A program made the position numbers and the translations under genes. From Bugula neritina (taxonomy: Eukaryota; Animalia; Bryozoa): a DNA stretch of 64,000 nt. The notes under the pieces are model-generated. The model ran no database searches and was not told the DNA's origin. It saw nothing but the letters and a program-made list of their open reading frames with translations. Positions 51,401 to 64,000 of the stretch are shown one piece after another (position 1 is the first letter of the stretch; the number at the start of each line of letters is the position of its first letter). Where the stretch lies: positions 9,620,581 through 9,684,580 of the forward strand of contig OZ037767.1 of assembly GCA_964035545.1 (NCBI GenBank), read 5' to 3'.

Positions 51401-51414
51401 CTCGGGTGTTTAAA
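45430..51414 (-). CDS. pol: Pol (PR-RT-RNaseH-IN) extended by ~525 aa of ORF3 (acidic, ZnF x2, LxVxL, coiled coil); probably entered by -1 frameshift
   Basis: 1987-aa ORF; LLDTG, YLDD, DAS, HHCC, DDE, GPY. The typical Pol tail RRPPRYLADY (~47015-47050) is not followed by a stop. Confidence 0.95.
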   Translation of the reverse strand, partial: FKHPRLTVNSATRGPHANPVRDRTRKTTEETSPESTYIEWHANRRSRRPKGLPDPPALPLDTRMELEETGWQTPRRSRRPQGLPDPPAWPLRNRFAGLPEEVVEEDSAYSQEYPKLPSRPQKTPVVSKTKRRPAVWTQVVSPPETDRSRSTQPYGSSYFLPGKISGKAATFLLDTGCTTNLLSRRLFDTLGARERASLEPYEGAHGTLADGSCIPFYGVISLPGRVRDQAVHETFIVSQLKEDAILGMPFLEKHQCHMDFQKSVVVMAGKELVCVDKFGRPLVGGVQVVRDCTVPGRSQATLRCRVNCKEIAGLGMVEGTHGAIRLANSLNRLDCRQELLVQCINPFTEPVQLSAGALVGKYHSIQEADVGPALETVADNQGNPPHTRREAVPEHLADLYGGACGNCTSSTERQVLAQLLAEYSDVFSRGDRDMGLTKVISHEIPLAADTTPIRQPTRRLGPEKEKEVSRQVQDLLDRDLIEPAHGAWSSPVVLVKKKDGSWRFCVDYRRLNNATIQDAYPLPRIDESLDALAGSKYFSTLDLLSGYWQVPLSPDAQDKAAFITRDGLWKWKVLPFGLTSAPATFQRLMEQVLSGLHWKTLLIYLDDVIVISPDFSTHVGRLREVFDRLRAAGLKLKPSKCALLQPEVTYLGHVVGRDGVATDPEKVQAVKEWTVPRDLPELRAFLGLVGYYRQYIPRFAGVAQPLNRLTAKGVRWQWTQEEQQAFDHLKQRLMEAPILAYPDPAKEYILDIDASDHSVGAVLSQVQGGSEVVVAYYSKTLAAAEKNYCTTRKELLAVVKAVKHFRPYLYGKSFRLRTDHASLIWLCKRAEPSSQVARWLEILAEFSYRIEHRAGRKHGNADGMSRRPVEDCKQCLHIERRDGGPARLDVEAGLVEGTTYQWEHGHLRTETHQDGVQALHANPTLHQNVKELCRLQETLPGAVADIFRAKKEGRRPSEEQQRQGDVEFQLLCRRWDALKVSPDGLLMITLAADNRQQKRDRVVCPRALRRELIWDTHKQAHAGVSRVIRCLRLRWYWPGMTRDVRLRVRQCEVCQASKHGRPTETTGRRRLYAGRPWQVVAVDLVGPMPLSARGNTWILVLTDHFTRWADALAIPDATAPTVARTLDQHVFCYLGLPEQIHTDQGAQFQSQLMGDLCRIWGVNQSRTTPYHPQGNGVVERNNRMLGDALRSLLLGRSQEEWDVVLPQIMRAYRSTPHSATQETPNFLMLGRETRVPEHLTYHVPAPESPVHEYVEGLMDIMGKAHDALRTQQWQTRTEDSEEPPLYQVGDWVWMVSYRRRRGQSAKLQPKFVGPYCVVEVLPNHTYRVERSGQVSVQSEQRLKPYHASPVAVGQAPPLLEPHRQPNRRGRATRPREVEIMVPREADQEQAALIEQLERQQRAEREQEQRQALGSQPFPGEDTPTPVRGEDGDPPTRAAQEPPTPPESVPLERSQRPRRPPRYLADYAVGHLEGPPPEEDPPHTDCHPILVGNSLHHPGEFHQEEEMADRISEDTRSRELSFQNPGEIPTSHATRASAGKTSEARGSAISHSDFTQLARQLQLKLNSDSNTHFDFITVLRTLSAAMGITLPDTQSGISSRLDPPVAESSQTTVDWSLLDLLGSDFLEPEAEMDLGDDSAIDTLLNHDVGSVNFCDTPRPSVFNLSPYTPVPNFGDSETGFSQPLLSILEERMDVEEASRSDSPLPPALASASTSQQAATSSTEVCSAMVGPDPKPVELQLTAGEEQGILHGDHLPAEEDTSPILALPRALVARQYWVTGPTNLKIGDACGEPGNRICHECKRKFSSARRLRVHAPQHYINVFCPCGEFSYQRDYVLRHQRIAHCHTGYTFAVDQASFPEFRDLVLPHVADPHKRAALALGFPACRPVREEEGEPAATPQPAATQPLRVMLARVGPGARADSSDLGPRPSAAGEKQTHRQRRPARGTTDRPRHQTSAQLAEEVHQLRRQLRRYEEELGQLRRRVSRLERGRSGDRR
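51371..51414 (-). promoter_or_regulatory. -1 ribosomal frameshift signal: U UUA AAC plus stem-loop
   Basis: Heptamer at 51408-51414 in the gag frame; pol is in the -1 frame; 6-nt spacer then a GGCTCACGG/CCGTGGGCC stem. Confidence 0.8.
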
Positions 51415-52289
51415 GGCTTCTGTCCCTTAGGGCAGTGCCTTCTCACATGTCCTGGCATCCCGCACTCCCAGCAAGTGGGCATAGGGGGGCGGACAGGGTC
51501 GTCCCGCGAGCGGGGAGCCCGCCTGTCCGTCTGGTTGCGCTGCAACTCCGTCACCGTAGCCTGCAGGCCTTTCATCATGCTCATCAGCATGTTGAGCTGC
51601 GTCTGCTCAGGCGACGGGGTAGCTGCTGCTGCCACTTGTGGGGTTGGGGGTACCTCTTCTGCATCTCCGGCCACCTGGCGAGCTGCGTAGTTCGCCCTCC
51701 GTGGCTCTTCCACCTGGAAGTAGGCCTTTCCCATCTCTAGTGCTTCGTCCAGGCTCTTGACTTTTGCAGCTAGCCAGTACCGCTGGAGGTCCGGGTGGTT
51801 CACACTCCGGAAGAACGCCTTAAAAATGAGGCGCTTCCGATCGTCGCCAGTGGCGTGACCAAAAGCAGCCTGAGCCAGGCGCTCTACCTCGTTAGCGTGA
51901 TCTTCCAGAGATGTCCTTCGGTCTCTCCTCATCACTTGTAGCTGGTCTGACGCCTCTTCCGTGGTCAACCCGAACCGGGCCCTAAGAGCCCGCAGGATGT
52001 GGGCTTCGTCGGGTCCCAGTGCGAAGTTCCTGGCCCGGCCTGTCAGACAGGCCCGGAGTTGGAGGACGCGCACCCGTACTGGCCATTCAGCGGTGGCGGC
52101 CACATCCTCGAACTCCTTGATGAACTGTTCCACGTCTCCATCTCCTCCGAAAGTCGGGGGCTGGAGGCGATACCTGTCACCAGGTGCTGCCTGTCCTTGC
52201 CCCCGCAATCCCTGGAGGGCTGTGACCAGCGCCTCAATAGTGAGGGCTGGTGGTGCTGCTGCCTCAGGGGCTGGGTCCCCTGGGGCCAT
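51390..52289 (-). CDS. gag: Gag, 299 aa, single CCHC knuckle
   Basis: CWECGMPGHVRRHC; immediately downstream of the PBS. Confidence 0.93.
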   Translation of the reverse strand: MAPGDPAPEAAAPPALTIEALVTALQGLRGQGQAAPGDRYRLQPPTFGGDGDVEQFIKEFEDVAATAEWPVRVRVLQLRACLTGRARNFALGPDEAHILRALRARFGLTTEEASDQLQVMRRDRRTSLEDHANEVERLAQAAFGHATGDDRKRLIFKAFFRSVNHPDLQRYWLAAKVKSLDEALEMGKAYFQVEEPRRANYAARQVAGDAEEVPPTPQVAAAATPSPEQTQLNMLMSMMKGLQATVTELQRNQTDRRAPRSRDDPVRPPMPTCWECGMPGHVRRHCPKGQKPLNTRGSR

Positions 52290-52320
52290 CCTATTTCTCT
52301 TAGCAACTAGCTATTCGTAG

Positions 52321-52339
52321 AATCCCACCGCTGCCACCA
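52321..52339 (-). promoter_or_regulatory. Primer-binding site, tRNA-Leu (TGGTGGCAGCGGTGGGATT)
   Basis: Complement of the recalled tRNA-Leu(AAG/TAG) 3' end AATCCCACCGCTGCCA-CCA. Confidence 0.88.
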
Positions 52340-52340
52340 A

Positions 52341-52731
52341 TGTGATAGTTTTGTGGATTGTGAATGAAACTAGTGCTGTTACATGCTTGTATGAGAAACA
52401 AGGCGAGAAATAAGGTAAAATGTAGATAATCTTTATTGTAGTATAGTCCGAGTGAATCAATGGTCTTTATCCAGCGAGCTCCAGTAGTAGACTGAACTAT
52501 ACTGGAACTCGCTGGCTTTTATATACATGCAGGACAAAGACATTCCTTTGTTGCCGAGATCGGAGGCCCGAAATACCGAATATCGGTACTTCGGGAATCC
52601 GAAATGCCGAATCCGGCATTTCGGTACTTCGGTATTCCGATATGCCGAGAATCGGCATATCGGTGTTTCGGAGGACCGAAGTACCGATCTCGGTAACAAA
52701 GGACACATACACACAACATAAATTTACCACA
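52341..52731 (-). repeat. 5' LTR of element C (TATATAAAA ~52517-52525; nested palindrome 52544-52703)
   Basis: TG..CA termini; TATA box and AATAAA on the minus strand. Confidence 0.96.
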
Positions 52732-53199
52732 ATATGTCACAAACACTGCTTTTCGTTTTTGCTTTACAAATCAAATTCAAGCAGATTTAAAGATAACAAA
52801 CTTTTCTGTCAATCTAGTTGATACAATTTTTAAAAAGGCAGATGACTACAAGGTTTTAAACAAGTCATACAAAGAGGCAGAACGTATTGCTGATGACACA
52901 CTGGGTACCGATAGTGCACTCTCATTCTCGCAAGGATAGTCACTATAAACTTACAATAGATAAAAGCTATGTTGTAGTTTTTATTTTTATTTATCCTAAA
53001 ATATTTGTTTATGATAATTTTTAAGCTATAAAGTCTTTTTACAAACACTCTTTGATTTATATGCAGTTAATTATAGGTTATTTACTACTTTTTAATGTAA
53101 TATATTTTTAACTTCAACTAGATGAATGGAGTTATAAGTTGGTATTTGTGTTTGTTTGCATTATATAAATTTCAAACCCAGCTCTAGTTTTTAAACTTT

Positions 53200-58052
<4,853 letters not shown>

Positions 58053-59329
58053 CGACTGTTTCTGTATATCTATCCTTGTGTACACAGATTTACTGTACAA
58101 CTCCTCAGATGCTTCATAACATTCACTCAGACTAGAATCATCTAAATCTGCTGTCTCCATGGAACTAAAATTATTAGTAAGTTGTGAATAAAGATAGAAA
58201 GATCAAACTGTAAAGCTATTATAGTTACTGTCATGCACTTGCACATACATGCACATGAAAGCACATGAACGCACGACTGCAGACAGGTATGCTCAAACAC
58301 ACTAAAAAAAACACACACACCCAAACAAAAAACATTTCTACAAAAACACACACACCAAAACACACACAAGATACACATTAACGAAGTAAATATAAAATCG
58401 GTAGTAGGCCTACAGCTAATACTCTGCTAGAAATATGCTGTCACTTAGAGTGCTGTATTGAAAACGGAAAAACAGTATTTCAGTTTCAAACTCCCAGTTG
58501 CACTAATTGGTGGCTATTTTTAGAATGTTAATGAATAGAGTATTAATGAAGTTATCTTCCCTTACCTAGTTCACTGCTATAGACTATAGAGAGACAAAGA
58601 TTCAGATGAGATATAAAAGGCTTATAAGCACATTCAGTTTATTCAGTGTAATGTTAACATATTATATGCATGAGATACGACACAGAATAGTAATATAATG
58701 TCTAGCTCTAATCACAAAACAAGACTAAATGTGAAGTCGTAAAGAAAAAATGCTGCAACAATCAGTAATCAAGAAGCTAGTAAAATTTTTATTGAATACG
58801 ATTTTCAATTGTTACTGCTTTTAAAAGTTTTGACTGTTATAACCAATTAAAATGTGTGCCCACAAACACATTTTGTTTGTAGTCACAAATTCTATTCATG
58901 TGCTATAAATTTCAGATAGTAAAATATTTGAATTGCACATATCATGTATATATGATGTCAAAGCTGAGGTTTCGAATAGGGATCAGACTTCTAGTTATAA
59001 CTTTGAGTTTAGGGTTGATGCTTCCTATGGCTTCAAATGTTTTTATTTTAAACCCTAAACCTATACCCTAAATACTACCAAAAGTTTAGAACTCACTGTA
59101 TAAAGTCTATACCAAATACTGTATGCTATATGTCATGTATAGCATATATAACATATGCTATATAAAAAAACCTACGAAAGTTTATAGTCGCTATCCTTGT
59201 GAGAAAACCCCTGATGGAAAGGCTTTTGTTAAAGCGGACTAAGGACTTGTTCAGATGAGGCACAGGAACAATTATGACTGGAATAACATGTGCTATATGC
59301 TGCATATATGCTATATATACACTATGTTT

Positions 59330-59367
<38 letters not shown>

Positions 59368-60196
59368 ATAAATATTATATGCTATATACATACTATATAC
59401 CTATTACATACTACATCCTAAACCCTATACACTATATACTATGTATACTATATGTTATATTATGTATGTATTATACTACATTGATTTTTCTATTTTTATA
59501 AGCCTTCTAATTTGTTTATTTTTTAATAAGTTATTAAAATATTGGGCTGGTATCAATAATCTAAAATTGCATGTTGTAACAGAGTTTTTCCTTTTAATGC
59601 CAGTGTCGAATGCATCAGTTAAATATGTTCGTTAGCTGATATAAACTTTTAGCCAATCACGTATCTATATTGTGTATTGTTAAGCTGACTTCCAGAATAG
59701 CTATAACAAAATACTGACTGTATAGCTGTTTAGTGTACAACAGGTATCTATAATGCAGTTGATAATATGTGCATGAACTTACAATTCGGCAAGCTAGAGA
59801 TTATACTAAGATAAATCATAAGACAACTATTTTATCTTCACACAGTAAGTGAATAGAACCTATAACTTTGGCTATCTACAATGTTATAAAGAAAATAACA
59901 AATTGATAATAAGGTGTTAATGACCCTAAATCATCATTTCACTCACTAGCTATTGTATCAGGGTTCGTTTATTATAAGTAAGCTGGTAGATAGAAACTTA
60001 CCACTGCTAACTAGTGAGTTAATTATGTTGCTCATGTTGCTGTTTCCAACATGCATAAGGTAAATTTTATTACATAATTTTTGGTTGTCGGATTATTTGA
60101 TAATATTTACATGCATAAAAATATGTCGTTCCTTCTTATAACAAACACAATACGTCTTTTTGTTTAGATAATGTTGGACATCAAATGTTTTAGGTG

Positions 60197-63100
60197 ATGA
60201 AATTATCACACCGAGCAGTGCTTTGGGTTTGGGTCATTACCATTGTCGAAGAGGTTTTGGCTGTACAGAGATCTTGTTACAATGATGATAAACTTTGCCA
60301 GACTGGACTCTGTAGGATAGAGGAATGCTTGAAATGTGATAAACACAACGCTATCTGTACTACTAGTGACCCTAAAGAAGTGGTACCCAAACGTCTCACC
60401 TCTACCACTCTGTATCTAACTGTCACTTACACTGGTCCACTTGTAGAGCTCAGCTCTTTAACATTTCAGCATTTGTTGAATTTGAAAGAAATAACAATAG
60501 TAGGCAAGAATATAGCTTCACTTGCTCCTCAAACATTTTCACAATTGCAAAATCTGGTTCTTATTAATGTGACTGCTTCAAAAATATCAATACTCCCGGA
60601 TAAACTTTTTCACCAGCGCCGCCCGATTCGCTACTTCTATTTCCCTAGCAATCAGCTTACATCTTTCCCAACAAATATTTTTCAAGAACTTCCTTATGTG
60701 AGAAAAATGGATTTTTCCTACAATCCTTTAGATAGTTGCAGAGCAAATAAATCTACCATTTCACCTGAGTTTGAAAATTTAACTCAACTCTCAACACTAA
60801 AATTAATAGGATTTGGTAAAAGCCATGATGATTGTAAAGATATCAGTGAAGGTTTCTTTAGTCCTTTGAAAAACCTCCCTCAAATTTATTTAAGTGAATC
60901 GTACATATTCTCTGCTGGCTATAAAGTTCTTACACCTCTCGAAAACCTCAATAATCTTCATATGGACAATATACCTTTATTTAAAAGCTGCCCAGCAAAT
61001 GCAGCTAATCTTTTTCATCATCTGCCGAGAAGATTGGCCTTTTTATCTATACAATACTGGACAACAACACAGCCAGCAAACACTTCTTGTTTCTTAAAAC
61101 ATGCTCCACTCTTGGGTTTAAAACAACTACCCAAACTTTCGTTTTTGGATACCAGATTCAGCGATAAAATCTTTGGCCCTAATCTCATGAAATCAACATT
61201 TGATGGGTTTACCAACATTCATACTCTGCTTATTGGCTGGTGTGGAATTTCTTGGTTAGAAGAAAATGTTTTTGAATCTTTAGAAAAACTGACCGATTTG
61301 ACTTTAAGCGGAAATCTTTTAGGTCCTCGCAAGTTTAAGTTGTACAGCAAAACATTTACTTCAAAACTAAAAGTGCTGAACATGATTGACGTTGGAATCA
61401 ATTCTGCCATACCATATAATATGTCCAGTTTGCTTGACAACTTTCCAGAACTTGGTACATTGTATTTAAATAGTAATCTTCTTAAAGTCATTCCAATATT
61501 TAATGACACTTTAATTAAAACCAGCTATAGGTTTACTAAAATAAGATTTCTCAAATTGAATAATAATTATATAACCAGGTTTTCAGACGCAGGTGGAGAA
61601 AGTGTTTGTAGAGTCATGCCTCGCCTTGGGTCATTGTACATGGAAAGTAATAAACTAGTTGATATTTCAAAGATGTGTACGACAATCAGAGTTCTCCAAC
61701 TAGCTAATAACCATATTAGAAAAATGGCAGAATTGAACTTCCGTGCTCTTGCTAGATTATCAAAATTGCAAAGTTTAGGCTTATCCTACAATCAAATTGA
61801 ATACATTCCAAGCTACTTGTTTGAAAACATGCCACACCTAAAAACACTGATGTTGAGTAGAAATAGAATCAGTGCATTGCCACTGAGCCTGCCTTATTTA
61901 TGTCCAGAGTTGAGAGCTTTAGACTATAGCTCCAACTTTCTATCTTCATTTGATCGATCTAATATTCAAGGACTGCAGGCTATTAAGTATATTTATCTAC
62001 AAGACAATTCTATTACTTCAATATCAAATGACTTGATAGACAGTTTATCACAAGACTTCAAGTATATCGAGATATTCGCAGTTAACGACAACCCACTTAT
62101 TTGCTCGTGTAACAACCGTTTCAAAAACTGGATTGAATATTCACCTATAGTAATGTTACCCAAACAAATAACATGCACCCCACCCCAAGCCAGCAATACC
62201 AATATTACCGTAAAAGTTATTGATCACACACCAGATCAATTCCACTGTTTCATTAAAACTCCTTTGGTGATCATTGGTGCTGTGTTAACTGGAATAGGTG
62301 TTAGTTTAATCATAGCCCTTCCCTGCTACAGGTATCGCTGGTACATCAGTCATTGTAGCTTAGTATTGAAAGCTATGACAAAAAGAATTAAGGAAGTAAA
62401 GTTTGAACAACAGTGTGAATATGATGCCCTGGTTTCATATGACAGGCAGAGTGAATCAGACACTCAGTGGGTGATACAGCAACTCATTCCTCATATAGAA
62501 GGAAGTGAGAATATAAACGTGAGTAAAATTAACTTTCCAAATTGAATTACTTGATGAACAACATCTCCTAAGCCTAGGGCCACACTGTGCGTATTTTCGC
62601 ATGCGAAAATTGAAATCACAAGTAACAAAGGTGTCCACTGTGCGCGTTGAGAAAACCTTCGCACTTGTCGCTCTGCATTCTCAACGCAAGTGCGAATCGT
62701 CTCTGTCGTCGTCACCTAATTGGCTGATAGTTATTCAGCGAGCCCAACTTCTTTATTTTAGTGCTACATTCCAGTAAATTGCGTTTTATTGAAGGCGAGT
62801 GCGATTTAAAAATGAAAGCTTTATTTATCACGCATCACTGACGTTACAGTGGACACCTTTGCTACTTGCGAATTCAATTTTCGCATGCGAAAATACGCAC
62901 CGTGTGGCCCTAGGCTTACTCTAAATTCAAAATATATATTTGCAGAAGTTTAATATTGCTGGCTAACCACCTCCTTGATTAAGCTGTTTATTTCCCTTAC
63001 TTGCTTCTTCTTGGTTTTGTACCTCCCTTACCGTACTTTGACTATTTGCAATTACCATTTCCAATATATATACCTGCAAAGTTTTGTTTAGTAAAAAAAA

Positions 63101-64000
63101 GTAATTTACTAGTATATGCATGGCAGTCCTCACACAGGCTCTTGTTTTACCATGTTTTTATTTTGCGTTATAAGTAATGTGAAATGACAGGCAAAGTTAT
63201 TATGTAATATATTATGCCACCTACAAAGAAAAAACTCATGCAAGTTTATAGTCGCTATCCCTGTGAGAGCCCTTGATAGAAAGGGCTTTTTGTTAAATAT
63301 TGTTAAAGGCCTGACCTCACACTTGTGAGAATCACACGAAATTGTCTATTTGACACGAAAACACAAACGTTCGATCAAATTTGAAAAAATTCAAACAAAA
63401 TCGTCTTCGTTGGGTACACCTAGCGAAGACTATGGACAAAAATTCACAATTAACGATAAGCACCATTTGATTGGTCAATAGAATTTTAGCAACAGCAATT
63501 ATTTCATTTCTACCACATTTCTCTGTTTGGCAACTTTTTGCTGTTTGTATCTCATGCAAGACTCATTCACGGACTATTTATGATGTGTTTTGTCCGATGA
63601 GTGTGTGGCTGGTCATAATGAGAGGATAACTCACAAAAATTGTCACACGATTTTTGTGTAATTCTCACAAGTGTGAGGCCCAGGCCTTTTATTCAGATTT
63701 GGCGCGGTAGCAATTATAACTGGATGCTCTTCCTAGCATTACCAATGACCTTTGTCAGGTTCAAACCCAAGACTTTGGTTTACTAAGCCAAACACTCCAG
63801 CCCCAAACCCCTGCTCCCTCAATAAACTTTACCATAATTACAGTTAGTTACCTTCTAATATTTTCAATTCACTCTAGAAACTGAATCTGTTCATAACTGA
63901 TAGAGACTCAGAGCCTGGTGCCAACACATTCTGTGAGCTGTGTGGGACAGTACAGAAGAGCAGAAAGATAATCATTCTTCTCTCAAACTCATACCTCCTG
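60197..64000 (+). CDS. Toll-like receptor (LRR ectodomain, LRRCT, TM, TIR), 3'-partial
   Basis: Exon 60197-62518: signal peptide, many LxxLxLxxN repeats, NPLICSC, TM, TIR box 1 YDALVSY. Exon 63878->64000 encodes KLNLFITDRDSEPG..SRKIIILLSNSYL (TIR box 2 region); phase-0 intron. Confidence 0.93.
62571..62916. mobile_element. MITE with ~70-bp terminal inverted repeats, TA flanks
   Basis: AGCCTAGGGCCACACTGTGCGTATTTTCGCATGCGAAAATTGAA.. mirrored at the right end. Confidence 0.88.
63240..63820 (-). mobile_element. SINE-like repeat interrupted by a MITE
   Basis: AAGTTTATAGTCGCTATCC segment also at 59178-59283; tRNA-like end similar to 18990-19045. Confidence 0.55.
63306..63688. mobile_element. PIF/Harbinger-like MITE, TSD TTA
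   Basis: TIRs AAGGCCTGACCTCACACTTGTGAGAAT / ATTCTCACAAGTGTGAGGCCCAGGCCTT; TTA on both sides. Confidence 0.85.

Larger units (their letters stand above)
44748..52731 (-). mobile_element. Intact full-length Ty3/Gypsy LTR retrotransposon (element C) with Pol-ORF3 fusion
   Basis: 391-bp LTRs at 44748-45138 and 52341-52731 (one mismatch seen, 44872/52465); 4-bp TSD ATAT; PBS; G-rich PPT at 45139-45150. Confidence 0.97.

Overview
AT-rich animal genomic DNA with spliceosomal introns; an invertebrate, probably a lophotrochozoan (inference). Host genes: the 3' half of RAB3GAP2 (+, 7 exons); a 3-exon Arg/Lys/Ser-rich protamine-like gene (-) absent from the ORF track; a multi-exon type I membrane gene with a divergent Ig-V-like domain and a decayed 3' end (-); two tandem secreted PAN/Apple + C-type lectin genes (+); and a Toll-like receptor (+) running off the right edge. 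Three very young full-length Ty3/Gypsy LTR retrotransposons are present: 6426-13994 (-, multiple lesions), 27384-31924 (+, intact, Mag-like) and 44748-52731 (-, intact). There are also MITEs, tRNA-derived repeats and a multi-kb inverted duplication. The most notable signal is in the two related minus-strand Gypsy elements. Both carry, at the env position, a non-env ORF3 with a shared architecture: acidic/hydrophobic region, tandem zinc fingers, PxVxL/LxVxL HP1-binding-like motif, basic patch, terminal coiled coil. ORF3 is free-standing in one element and fused in frame to Pol in the other, whose LTR U3 is a 160-bp nested palindrome of CGG repeats. This suggests a TE-encoded transactivator, anti-silencing or chromatin-targeting module. 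All comparisons were made by eye; no searches were run.
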